This document shows, in pieces, positions 1 to 11,827 of a stretch of DNA of 64,000 nucleotides. The DNA comes from Octopus sinensis (Eukaryota): the NCBI RefSeq assembly GCF_006345805.1, contig NC_043020.1:26412001-26476000 (forward strand), in the 5' to 3' direction. The translations under genes were made by a program, and so were the position numbers. The notes beneath the pieces were generated by a model that was not told the DNA's origin, made no database searches, and saw only the letters and a program-made list of their open reading frames with translations. Positions within the stretch are counted from its first letter, which is position 1. Every line of letters starts with the position of its first letter.

Positions 1-595
1 GGAATTGAACCCACGGTCTCACAATCATGAGTGCAACACCCTAACCACTAAGCCATGTGCCTTCACAATATATATATATATACACACACACACGCACATA
101 TATACATCAAATGCAACATCGCTTGACAACCGATGCTGGTGTGTTTAGGTCCCCGTAACTTAGTGGTTCAGCAAAAGAGACCGACAAAATAAGTACTAGG
201 CTTACAAAGAATAAGTCCTGGGGTTGATTTGATTCGACTAAAGGCGGTGCTCCAGCATGGCCACAATCAAATGACTGAAGCAAGTAAAAGAGTAAAAGAG
301 TATATATACAGGGTGCAATGAGTAATTTGTCCTGGGGTTGATTTGATTCGACTAAAGGTGGTGCTCCAGCATGGCCGCAGTCAAATGACTGAAACAAGTA
401 AAAGAATAAAACGAAAGCAAGAATCATCCGACGATGGAAACAATTTAAAATCATTCTTTTGGTCCACCGAACAGCTTTTGGATTTGTAAAACTCTTCTTT
501 GACCCCTTTTTAATCCCCTATATCATTTCTATTCTCGGCAGTTTGGACCTTTTTGTATGTAAACATACATATTTTTGTTTGTGCTTAATGTATTT

Positions 596-1074
596 ACCGA
601 GATGGTGTCAGCTCTTCTGGTGACGTTGATGTTCGCCTGGGGCTAAATGCATCAGTAACACACCCACCACCCCGCCCTGACCCTAGCCACATTCAGATGG
701 CTGATCCCCCTTATGTTATAGAGCAGTTACTGTTTATATCTCGCTCAGAGATTTATTATTGTTTTCGAACGGTTTTTCTACATCAGTGACTGTGTTTACT
801 GTCAAAATCCTTATATATATGGCCTGTAGAGAGAGTCATTCGTCGGAGAACGGTGCTTACCATGTGTTGACAAGAGGCAATAACCTCGAAACCGGTCTGT
901 ATGTAGTATCCGTATCTTCGGGGAGGCTGATCTCCCTTTGCAGGCGGGCAAGGGACACCGAGATGGTGTCAGCTCTTCTGGTGATGTTGATGTTCGCCTG
1001 GGGCTAAATGCATCAGTAACACCACCCCGCCCTGTCCCTAGCCACATTCAGATGGCTGATCCCCCTTATGTTAT
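596..1074 (+). mobile_element. Hammerhead-bearing repeat with ~120-bp direct repeats (Penelope pLTR / non-LTR retrozyme-like, ~1.3 units of ~361 bp)
   Basis: 596-719 and 957-1074 are near-identical (accgagatggtgtcagctcttctgg...cccccttatgttat); a decayed hammerhead motif lies between them at 861-903. Confidence 0.6.
861..903 (+). ncRNA. Decayed minimal type-I hammerhead ribozyme
   Basis: catgtg-TTGACAA-GAGG(caataa)CCTC-GAAA-CCGG-TC-tgtatg: perfect stem II, palindromic stem III ACCGGT, GUC cleavage triplet, stem I pairs using wobbles; core differs from CUGACGA at two positions. Confidence 0.6.
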
Positions 1075-1203
1075 TTAATATTCCTTTTATATCAAAGCTG
1101 CCTAACCTTGCATAGCCTTACATTTACTTCTCTGTCGACTCAATTTTAAACCTCTTCACCACTGCTAAGTGTATTCTGTACGAAGAATATCTGATTATCA
1201 TCT

Positions 1204-1886
1204 ATGAACTGTGTGTGTATGTATATATATATATATATGTTTATATGTATATATGTATATATATATATGTATATACAAAAACATATATATATACATATAA
1301 ACTATGTATATATAATATATTATATATATTATATATATATATATATCTATGTATGTATGTTATGGTCTATATATGATATACGCAAACATATATATATATA
1401 TACATATAAACATATGTATATATATATATGTATGTATGTATGTATGTATATATATATATATGTATGTATATATATATTATGTATGTATATATATATATAT
1501 GTATGTATATATATATATAGTATGTAATATATATATGTATGTATGTATGTATGTATATTATATGTAATGTATGTATGAATATGTATGTATGTATGTATAT
1601 ATATATGTATGTATGTATATGATGTATGTGTATGTATGTATATATATATATGTATGTATGTATATATATATATATGTAATGTATATATATATATATGTAT
1701 GTATGCAATATATATATATGTATGTATATATATATATGTATATATATATATGTATGTCTATATTATGTATGTAGTATATAATGTATGTATATATATATAT
1801 ATGTATGTATGTATATATATATGTATGTTATATATATATATGTAATGTATATATATATATATATATGATGTATATGGTATGTATAT

Positions 1887-1922
<36 letters not shown>

Positions 1923-2210
1923 TATATATATTGTATGTATATATATATATGGTATGTATATATATATGTATGCATATATATATATGTATGTATATATGTA
2001 TATATATATATATATATATATGTATATAATATTATAATGATATATATATATGTATGCTTATATGTATAAATCCTAAAATCCTTTAAAATGTTGTAGGCCG
2101 AAAGCCGTGGCCATACTGGGGCACCACCGCTGTTATATATATATAATATATATATAGTATATATATATATATATATGTATGTTTATATGTATATATATAT
2201 ATATATGCAA
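1204..2210. repeat. Compound (TA)n/(TATG)n microsatellite block
   Basis: About 1 kb almost entirely TA/TATG; source of the many Y/I/M/C/V-rich ORFs. Confidence 0.95.
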
Positions 2211-2417
2211 ATTCTGTACTTGGAATGGCCAATTTTAAATACTGTTGGATCTTACTTATAAGGTATTGGAATCTTACATATATACCATTCTGCCTAAAAA
2301 AATGGATCTACAAATTCAATATCCCTACATATCTCACATCTATTTTCTTTCCTCCACCTCACTCTCTATTTTGTATCCTATCTAAATTAACTATTACTTT
2401 ACCATCCTCTCACACCA

Positions 2418-2807
2418 TCTCCGATGAAAGGATATAATTAATAAATATCCTGGAAACAGGTGTAAGACCTTCTATCTATAAATGTTCTATCTACACAGCC
2501 TTGGTTTTTTATCTCATTATGCAAAAATTTCTTGTATATATATATGTGAGAAGTTGAGGTTATAAGAGATAATGGTGTCATTGAGACCCAAAGGTGTCAG
2601 GTAATGCTGAATAAGTGCTATAGACAGACCATAGTTAAGTTCTAGATTCGGTAATATTGGGAATAAATGGTTCAACGTTGGTTCTATGTCAGCGTGTGTA
2701 TAGAAGGGATATTATCAATTAATATTCTAGAAACAGCTGTAAGACCTATCTATAAATGCTCTAATATCTATACAGCCTTGGTTTTTTTATCTTCTGCAAA
2801 AAATTCT

Positions 2808-2810
<3 letters not shown>
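2418..2810 (+). mobile_element. Penelope-like/retrozyme fragment: two ~100-bp direct repeats, each with a hammerhead-like motif
   Basis: tct-CCGATGA-A-AGGATAT(loop)ATATCCT-G-GAAA-CAGGTG-TA-aga at 2418-2467; second copy with GAAA-CAGCTG-TA-agac at ~2703-2745; downstream flanks are also duplicated. Confidence 0.55.
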
Positions 2811-2829
<19 letters not shown>

Positions 2830-2838
<9 letters not shown>

Positions 2839-3242
2839 GCGTTGCCTTACTGGCACTTGTGCATGTGCTAGTAGGGTGCCAATCCGAGCGTCATCGTTGC
2901 CAGAGCAGCCAACTGGCTTCCGTACCCGTGGCACATAAAAGGGCACCATTCGAGCGTGATCGTTACCAATGTCACTTCACTGGTACCTGTGCTGGTGGCA
3001 CGTGTAAAAAGATTTGAGTGAGGTCGTTGCCAGTACTGCCTGACTGGCCCCTGTGCCGATGGCACGTAAAAAGCACCCACTACACTCACGGAGTGGTTGG
3101 CGTTAGGAAGAGCATCCAGCTGTAGAAACTCTACCAGATCAAGATTGGAGCCTGGTGCAGTCATCTGGTTCGCCAGTCCTCAGTCAAATCGTCCAACCCA
3201 TGCTAGCATGGAAAATGGACGTTAAACGATGATGATGATGAT
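2830..3242 (+). mobile_element. Family C repeat (RTE-LINE 3' tail/SINE tail) ending in (GAT)n; representative copy
   Basis: gtggcacgtaaaaagcacccactacactc...ggacgttaaacgatgatgat; similar copies at ~6650(-), 9620(-), 17010, 18945, 26356, 27925(-), 30600, 32160(-), 45430, 48235(-), 54745, 62310(-), 62478. Confidence 0.85.
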
Positions 3243-3255
3243 AAACATATATATA

Positions 3256-3306
<51 letters not shown>

Positions 3307-3542
3307 CAGCAAAAAATTAGATTTGGTCTTAAAATTTAAATCTACGTCTTTGTCTGTAAAATGTTCTCTATAATGTTGCTACTTGATTTGAAAGCTTTGG
3401 TATTAATGGAAAACCTCTATAATTGGCTGATGAGCACTCAGCATCTTAAATCTGTTGTAATACTTACAACATTTAATAAAATGATGTAGTGTGAACCAAT
3501 TGTACCAAATTACCGGAGTCTATTCTTGTTGCTTATTTTGAC

Positions 3543-3585
<43 letters not shown>

Positions 3586-3832
3586 ATCATCATGGTTCTG
3601 CCAAACTTCTGCCACTAGTTGGTTAGGCATTGCGAGACTAACAATCTGGTGTAGAACTCAATATATGTATTCTTCAGAATGAAGCGCTGGTCGAGTACAG
3701 AGCGGTAATAAGAAAATGAAATGACAAAGGAATAAAGCCATTATCTTTGGAATTCCATTAACTTAGAGTTCTTCCGCTGAAAACTAATGTTCAGATCATC
3801 ATGCTCTTCCATTGTCATCACATTTTCTTATG

Positions 3833-3866
<34 letters not shown>

Positions 3867-3887
3867 TTTATATTCATATATATATAT

Positions 3888-3929
<42 letters not shown>

Positions 3930-4217
3930 TATGCATACAATCTCTTTCACACACATACACACACATGTACTCACACACCCGGAGACCATTCTAGGCTCAT
4001 GTCAGTGTTGCAGACTTTTTGGTAGGATGACACAGTTCCCAGACATTTTTTTTTTGAAGTGTGATAGGGATGATGGTGGTGGTGTGGTGGTGGTGGGGCA
4101 AGGGTATGATATGTGTGTGTGTGGTGTGTGAAGGAGCAGAAATTGTAAAGGGTCTGGTATGGATTTCATGCTGTGGAAGCCTGTTGATGGTTAATGTTTG
4201 ATGGTGGTGGTGTGTAA

Positions 4218-4640
4218 GTGGTGGTGGTGGCGGTGGTGATGGTTGTAGTGGTTGAGTTGGTGGTGATGATGGAGGAACTAGTGATGGTGGTGGCAGTGAT
4301 GAGGCTGGTGGTGGCGGTGGCAGCGATGGTTGTAGTGGCTGAGCTGGTGGTGGTGATGGGGGGAACTAGTGGTGGTGGTGGTGGTGGTGGCAGTGATGAG
4401 GCTGGTGGTGGCGGTGGCAGCGATGGTTGTAGTGGCTGAGCTGGTGGTGGTGGTGGTGGTGGCAGTGATGAGGCTGGTGGTGGCGGTGGCAGTGATGAGG
4501 CTGGTGGTGGCGGTGGCAGCGATGGTTGTAGTGGCTGAGCTGGTGGTGGTGATGGGGGGAACTAGTGGTGGTGGTGGTGGTGGTGGTGGCAGTGATGAGG
4601 CTGGTGGTGGTGGTGGTGGTGGGGCTTGTGATGATGTTAT
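4218..4640. repeat. GGT-rich minisatellite with higher-order units of ~70-85 bp
   Basis: ggtggcagtgatgaggctggtggtggcggtggcagcgatggttgtagtggctgagctggtggtggtgatggggggaactagt recurs about 3 times. Confidence 0.85.
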
Positions 4641-5453
4641 TGGTGAGGGTAGTGGTGGTTGGGGTGGGGATGTTGGGGAGGTGGCTGGTGAGGAGGCTGT
4701 TGGTGGTGGTGGTTGTGGTAGCGGCAGTGGTGGAGATGGTATTAACGTTGCGGGGTGGGGGCTGGTGACGATGTGATTAGGATTAGTGATGGAAGTGGTG
4801 GCAGTGGGGGTTGGTGACAGTGATATTCGGGTGGTGGTGGACGTGATGGTGGTGGTGGTAGTGATAGAACTGGTGATGATGATGGTTGTGGTTATGATGA
4901 TGATGGTGGTATATATTCTATTTGTTGATATAGCGGGGGGGGGGGGCTTATGAGGAGAGGCACTCTTCATATATGACCATCCCAACGTGGCATTCAGGAA
5001 TTGTATATCTAGGACTACATTATTCAATGTGCTCTTTTTCACTCTTTTTTTTCCTTTTTCTTGCGAATTGAAAGAGTTTTAGCTACTATTTCTAGCAAAT
5101 GTCATGACCATGTAGTAGCTTGGTATGTAATGTATATGTGTGTGTAATTGCTTGTGTGTGTGTGTATGTGCTTGTATGTGTGAGTTGCTGCTAGGATGTG
5201 TGTGTAAACATGTATGTGTGTGTGTTTATATTGTAATGTATCTGTGTAAACACACATGTTTATTGGGTGTGTATGTGTATGTGTGTAATACATCAAAGCT
5301 ACTGACTGTTATACACCTTGTGTGTAGAATGTGTGTGTGTGTGTGTGCGTGCATGTGTGTGTATTTCAAAAGTCAGTGAGTTTGGGATTATCTGGCCCTA
5401 CATCTGTGTCATCTACCCTCTCCTCTCTCTCTCTCTCTCTAACGTGCATGTGT

Positions 5454-5518
<65 letters not shown>

Positions 5519-5849
5519 TGTGTTCCCCCCCCCGACATCGCTTGACAACCGATGCTGGTGTGTTTACGTCCCCGTCACTTAGCGGTTCGTCAAGAGAGAC
5601 CAATCAAATAAGTACTAGGCTTACAAAGAATAAGTCCTGGGATCGATTTGGTCAACTAAAGCCGGTGCTCCAGCGTGGCCACAGTCAAATGACTGAAACA
5701 AATAAAAGAATATACACACACAAACACATGTGTGTGTGTGTGGTTATACTTGCTTGACCTTATCAGATGAACACCATCTCATACAAGACATCTCTACATC
5801 ATTGGATCATACGTGCCATACGCTTGTATGGCACATGGCACACATGCCA

Positions 5850-6460
5850 CTCTCTAATAATCCACACTGAACGAAAGCAACAAATTAGCAGGGTTTCAGT
5901 GTTGAAATGGTTCCTTGATCTTGGCTAACAGCTTGGCCTTGGTGTTGCATGTGGAGTACTTGGTGTCTTTCTCAACCATGCCCCATACATAGTAATCCAG
6001 TGGATATACCATTCTAGGTGGGAAACATTTCTGACTCTGGTGATGTGGCAAAGAGCTGAAGTCTGTTGTCACGCTTATGGCCTTCTAGCAGCAACCCTCT
6101 CCAGCTAGGGATTGACCACAGTCTCCAGTCTCTGGCAGTTTCACATTGAAAGCTGAATTGCTCCTCAGCCTCTATTCAAAGATCTGGTGATGAATTCTAG
6201 TGTGGATGCAATCAAAGTGCCTACCTGTGTCTCTTCCTGTTGACCATGGCTTCATAATCTCTGTTGCAGCTGTCCATGTCACATCTTACAACCTTTACAC
6301 TGGTCACAGAACATTAAGCAGCAATCATGATGTCAGCTTTTTGACACCCAACATGAATCATCACGATGCAGGTCACTCTTTTATAATCTTCATGCTCTCC
6401 AACACTGTTGACTGTTCACCAGTACATCAAGCTATTCCTGCAAAAAGGAGATACAAAAAA
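5850..6460 (-). mobile_element. Decayed, internally deleted Tc1/mariner-superfamily transposase (maT/DD37D-like)
   Basis: Minus-strand translation gives LETVVNP*LERVAARRP*A*QQTSALCH and YPLDYYVWGMVEKDTKYSTCNTKAKLLAKIKE, matching the QQDSAPCH and PLDYYVWG motifs; multiple stops. Confidence 0.75.
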
Positions 6461-6892
6461 TTTCCAAATTTAACCCAAACACACACCACACACACACTAT
6501 ATATAGATTAATCAGCCGAAATTACGAGGATGATCCGGTTCTTGACTGAAGATTGAAGGCTACGAATGTCCTGACCGTGTTTTTTTGTATCGTCTTCTAA
6601 ATGTTTTGCGTTCTTGTCCCAGTTTGTATTTTTTTTACATATACATATATCATCATCATCATCATCATCATCGTTTACGTCCGTTTTCCGCGCTAGCACG
6701 GGTTGGACGGTTTCGCCCGGGTCTGGGGAGCTCGGGACTAACTGCCCCAGGCTCCAGTCTAGTCTGGCAGTGTTTCTACAGCTGGATGCCCTTCCTAACG
6801 CCACCACTCCGCGAATGTAGTGGGTGTTTTTTACGTGCCACTGCACAGGTGCCAGAGGGGTCTGCATCGGCCACGTTCGGATGGTGCTTTTA

Positions 6893-7345
6893 TGGGGGGG
6901 ATGCAGAAATATAGGGGAGCACCAGTGGGAGGGGGGGTTCAGAGGAAAGGTACTAGGCAAGTAGAACGTAGGATATCGAGAGAGGGGTAATGCATGGTGA
7001 AATAGCGTATTGAAGAGGGGGGTTCGTGGTGGGGGGGTGCAGAAATACAGGGGAGCACCAGTGGGAGGGGTGGTTCAGAGGACAGGTTCTAGGCAAGTAG
7101 AACGTAGGATATCGAGAGAGGGGTAATGCATGGTGAAATAGCGTATTGAAGAGGGGGGTTCAAGAGTAGACACCTATAATGGTGGTGGGGGGGTGCAGAA
7201 ATATAGGGGAGCACCAGGGGGAGGGGTGGTTCAGAGACAGGTTCTAGGCACGTAAACGTAGTAGGATATCGAGAGAGGGGTAAGCATGGTGAAATAGCGT
7301 ATTGAAGAGGGGGGTTCAAAGAGTAGACACCATAATGGTGGTGGG
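6893..7345. repeat. Tandem repeat, ~135-160 bp x3
   Basis: gggtgcagaaatatagggagcacc...aggatatcgagagaggggtaatgcatggtgaaatagcgtattgaagagggggg occurs three times. Confidence 0.9.
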
Positions 7346-7711
7346 AGAAACGACATCTGGTAATAGTTGGAGCAAAATAGAGATATCCGGTATGGTGGTG
7401 GGGGTGGGCAGGGCGGGCGTGTGCCGCGAAGAATCGGCAGCCAATTTCTATCAGCCCTGTAATGGAGATAGATCTTAAATATCTATAACGATAAATAGTG
7501 AATTATACAGAATATGCAAAAACGAGGCGAGGCTGAAATAGTAAACAGAGTGGCGACTAGGGGGATCAGAATAATAATAATTAATAAATAATAATAATAA
7601 ATAGAGATAAGGATGAATTAAAGTTCAAAGATTTCTTATCTTGGGATCACTTCGTTTACGGACAGACTTGGCAAAAGGAATTCGGAATCAAGAATATATA
7701 TATATATTCAA

Positions 7712-7915
7712 AATGTGACCGCTTGTGTACCGTTGGCGATTTTTTTCCTCCGTCTTCCCTTTCTTGGATCTTCCCTTTCTTCTCCTATGTTTCTGACGAA
7801 GAGCTCTGCTCGAAACATTAAATCCTCCTTCTTTCCTTTCCTTTCCTGAGCGTCCAATAACACTATACTTGTTCCACGTCCTCGTGTTTTTGTGTTTTCA
7901 TGTTTGGAATAACTA
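7712..7915 (+). mobile_element. ~200-bp hammerhead-bearing repeat (family H3), decayed copy
   Basis: gttt-CTGACGA-A-GAGC(tct)GCTC-GAAA-CA-T-T-aaat at 7789-7823; homologous to 10125-10340(-) and 51255-51448(+). Confidence 0.7.
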
Positions 7916-9866
7916 TATATATGTATATATTCCCTTCTGTGTATCAGCGAACTCTGATGAGTGTAAAGTTATATAATTGGCTTGTTACCTAACACTCCAT
8001 TGCATTTATTATGCGAAACCAGCTGTGATGGATATTTAGTTCTCTACATTTCAGATAATATATATATATGTATATATATAGGCGTGGCTGTGTGGTAGGA
8101 AGCTTGCTTCCCAACCACATGGTTCTGGGTTCAGCCCCTTTGCAAGGCACCTTGGACAAGTATCTTCTATTATAGCCTCAGGTCAACCAAATCCTTGCGA
8201 GTGGATTTGGTAGATTGAAACTGAAAGGAGCCTGACATTTATTTCTCCATATAAATGTGTGTGTGTGTGTGTGTGTGTGTGTATCTTTGTGCTTGTATCC
8301 CTGCCACCACTTGATAACTTAGCGGTTTGGCAAGAGAGAGTGATAGAATAAGGAGGGGGCAAAAAATAAAAGATCTGTGTGTGTGTGTATGTATGTAGGT
8401 GTGTGTGATAAGACAGTAGGGTATGATTTGAGGGAGATTTGGCTGTTGTTTCTTTGATTGTTTTAGCTACTGTGTAAAAAGAACCCCTTCTCAGGTGGTA
8501 GAGGGTGGTGAAGGTGATGTTAGTGGTAGTGGTAGGGTAGCAGCAGTAGCACCAGCAGTAGCAGTCGGTGTTTGCTCTATATTCCTTTACACAAATTCTT
8601 CACGCTTCACTGACAAATAAGTCTGGCTGTGATAAACTACACTTCACAGCCTACAGCACCATACCACCCCTGAGCCTTTACAACCACCACCACTACCGCC
8701 ACCGCCAATGCCACCATCATCATCACCACCACTACCACAAACCAACACCGTCACACTCCCTGTAACTATTACTACTACCACCACCACCACTGCTACTGTC
8801 ACATTCTTTATAACTACTACTACTTCTCTTGACCTACTCTGATTCAGGGGTGGGGGCGCTACTATAATCCCATGAACCTTTACCACCACCACCAACAACA
8901 ACAATCATCACCACCACCACAACCACCACCACTAACAACAATCATCACCACCACCACAACCACCACCACTAACAACAATCATCACCACCACCACCACTAA
9001 CAACAGTCATCATTACCACCACAACCACCAATCATCACCATCAGCACACACTGTAACTGTTACTATCACCACACCCACCACTAGTACCACCACCATCACA
9101 CTATACTACCACCACTAACACCATTAACAACAACAATCACCACCACTACCATCAATCATCCCCTCTCCCCTCGCCACCACAATACCCGCCCCTCCACACT
9201 TGCCACCCCATCCTCATCCCCCTCCTTTTTTCCTCTTCCTCCTCCCCCTCTACACATTTTTGGGTCAAAGCAACTTGTTGGAAGTGTCACCACAGCATCA
9301 TATTTAAGTCAGGGTTTTTAGTTTCTGGCTGCAACCCCCCTCTCTCTCCCCTTCGTTCTCCCTCTTCTCTCCCTTGGGCCCCCCTCCACCGGGTTTCCCC
9401 TTTCCTCCTCTTCTTCCTCAATCTCTCCCTCTTCCTGCTAGTCCCCACCGCTTCCACCTCCACCACCACCTGTCTCTGTATTTCTGTCATTGTCTATCAG
9501 TAACGTTGCCCTTCCAATTCACAAACCCTTACACATGTAGAAACTATTGTTACCCCCCCCTCTCTTCACCCCACCAGCTCCCACCATCTTTTATGTTTCT
9601 GACATTGTCTGTCATCATCATCCTCATCAACCACTGCTTTCCAGGCTGGCATGGTTTGATATCAACTGGCAAGGCCCAGGGACTGCCCCAGCCTCTAGTT
9701 GTGGTTTCTACAACTGGATGCCCTTCCTAAAGCCAGACACATTACAGAGTGTACTGGGTGCCCTTTTATGTGGCACCAGTGCTTTGTACATGACACCAGC
9801 AGTAGTGTTTTTTTATGTAACACCAGCACCTCTTGAGGGGGTGGTTTCATCCATGGAGATACTGGT

Positions 9867-10500
9867 TTAGTGCCTCTCTCTTTTACTTGTTTTAGTCATT
9901 TGACTGTGGCCATGCTGGAGCACTGCCTTTTGTCGACCAAATCGACCCCAGGACTTATTCTTTGTAAGCCTAGTACTTATTCTATCAGTCTCTTTTGCCA
10001 AACCGCTAAGGTACGGGGACCTAAATGTGCCAGCATCGGTTGTCAAGCAATGTTGGGGGGGGGGGACAAACACAGACACACAAACATACACATACACATA
10101 TATATAAAGATATATATATATATATAGTAATCCAAACATGAAAACACAAAGAGAAAACATGACAACGCAAGGACATGGAACAAGTATAGTGTTTTGGATG
10201 CTCAGGAAAGGAAAGAAAGAAGGAGGACTTAACATTTCAAGCGGAGCTCTTCATCAGAAACATAGAAAAAGGAAAGATCCAAGGAAGGGAAGATGGAGGG
10301 GAAAAAAATCGCCAACGATACACTCACGGTCACATATACAACAGGCTTCTTTCAGTTCCTGTCTACCAAATCCATTCACAAGGCTAGGTCGGCCCGAGGC
10401 TATAGTAGAAGACACTTTCCCAAGGTGCCACGCAGTGGGACCGAACCCAGAAACATGTGGTTGTGAAGCAAGCTACTTACCACACAGCCACTCCTACACC
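9867..10500 (-). mobile_element. tRNA-headed SINE family A, split by an H3 insertion in its central microsatellite
   Basis: 3' half at 9867-10095 and 5' half at 10340-10500 match the other family A copies. Confidence 0.85.
10125..10340 (-). mobile_element. Family H3 hammerhead-bearing repeat
   Basis: Reverse complement of 10227-10261 reads gttt-CTGATGA-A-GAGC(tcc)GCTT-GAAA-TG-T-T-aagt. Confidence 0.7.
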
Positions 10501-10582
10501 TAGTATTTTTAGGGAATAAATTTCCTTAAAATAATATGTATAAATATAAAAACATACAGCTTATATTCATATAAAGCAAGAG

Positions 10583-10743
10583 AAAGAAAATGGAGATTGA
10601 AAAGTTAATAATTGTTTGTTATTAACAGTAAATTAACCATCTTCACTAACAGCTGTTTCAATTAATACAGCAGTTGAGTGAAGATGGTTAATTTACTGTT
10701 AATAACAATCAATTATTAACTTCCTAATCTCCATTTTCTTTTT
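10583..10743. repeat. Near-perfect inverted repeat (~73-bp arms, 12-nt loop)
   Basis: The left arm ...ttgttattaacagtaaattaaccatcttcact matches the reverse complement of agtgaagatggttaatttactgttaataacaa...; 32 bp are uninterrupted. Confidence 0.9.
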
Positions 10744-10807
10744 CCTCTTTTAAACACACTCATATATATATCATATATATGTATATGTATGTACATATAT
10801 ATATATG

Positions 10808-11180
10808 ATTGACCGCTAACTTCAACAGTTTCTTTTATTCTCTCTATGTTTATTTTATCGTATTCGTTTCTGTTGAAGAGGGTGGGCTTGAAATGTAAAA
10901 GACTTTCTCACTTCCCTGAGTGTCAAACTGGTACACCTGCTTGTTGTTTATACACATCTTTTGATTTCCTATAATTTTCAATTATATATATATACATACA
11001 CACACACACATATTTATGTATAGCCACTAAACTTTTTCTTATTTTCTCTCTTTGTTTATTTCTGTATTCCTTTCTGTTGAAGAGCATAGGCTCGAAACAT
11101 AAAAGACTTTCTCACTTCCCAAGCGTTAAACTAATACATCTTTGTCTTTTGCTTATTTTTTTGTAAATTCCAACTAATAT
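10808..11180 (+). mobile_element. Tandem dimer (204-bp period) of a hammerhead-like repeat (family H4)
   Basis: ttt-CTGTTGA-A-GAG(stem II)-GAAA-YR-T-A-AAAG at 10866-10901 and 11070-11105, with shared flanks gactttctcacttccc. Confidence 0.6.
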
Positions 11181-11192
11181 ATATATAAAAAT

Positions 11193-11226
<34 letters not shown>

Positions 11227-11239
11227 GTGTGTGTATGTA

Positions 11240-11620
11240 TGTATCTTCTGTCCTTTACTTAGTTTAGTCATTAGACTACGGCCATGCCGGGGCACCTCAT
11301 TAAGAAAAGATTTAATCAAATGAATTGAGCTCCAGTATATCTTTTTAAGCCTCGTACTTATTCGATTGGTCTCTTTTGCAAAACCACTAAGTTATGGGGA
11401 TGTAAACCAACCAACACCAGTTGTCAAGTGGTGCTGGAGTCAAACAAAGACACACACACACACATAATAGGCTTCTTTCAGTTTCCATCAACCAAATCCA
11501 CTCACAAGGCTTTGATGAGCCCTGAGCTATAGTAGAAGACACTTGCCCAAGATGCTATGCAGAGGGACTGAACCTAGAACCATGTGGTTGAGAAGCAGAT
11601 TTCTTACTACACAGCCATAT
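11240..11620 (-). mobile_element. SINE family A
   Basis: Head (ctgtgtagtaagaaatctgcttctcaaccacatggttc) and tail match the family. Confidence 0.85.
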
Positions 11621-11827
11621 CTGCACCTATATATATATACACACACACACACACACGTATGGTGATGCAGACAGGAAAAATAGAACTCAAAATATGAATG
11701 TATGTATATTTTTATTAATGTTGAGCAGAAGTAACAGTGTGACTCAGGGTCTGAGAGTTTCGTGCATTGACATTTATCAAACATTTGTTTCTCAGACTTT
11801 GAGCCATTCTGTTGCTTCTGCTGAATA

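Noticed and set aside
1204-2029. Numerous ORFs rich in Y/I/M/C/V/H/T (also 19.3-19.9, 33.3-34.4, 38.5-39.1, 47.5-48.2, 49.3-49.7, 63.3-63.9 kb)
   Set aside because: Translations of TA/TG/TATG microsatellites.
7410-7470. GC box plus CCAAT as a promoter
   Set aside because: Short motifs adjacent to repeat-derived sequence, with no linked exon.
7955-8030. CTGATGA...GAAACCAGCTGT as another hammerhead
   Set aside because: Stem II is long and poorly paired and stem I is not evident; at best a heavily decayed remnant.
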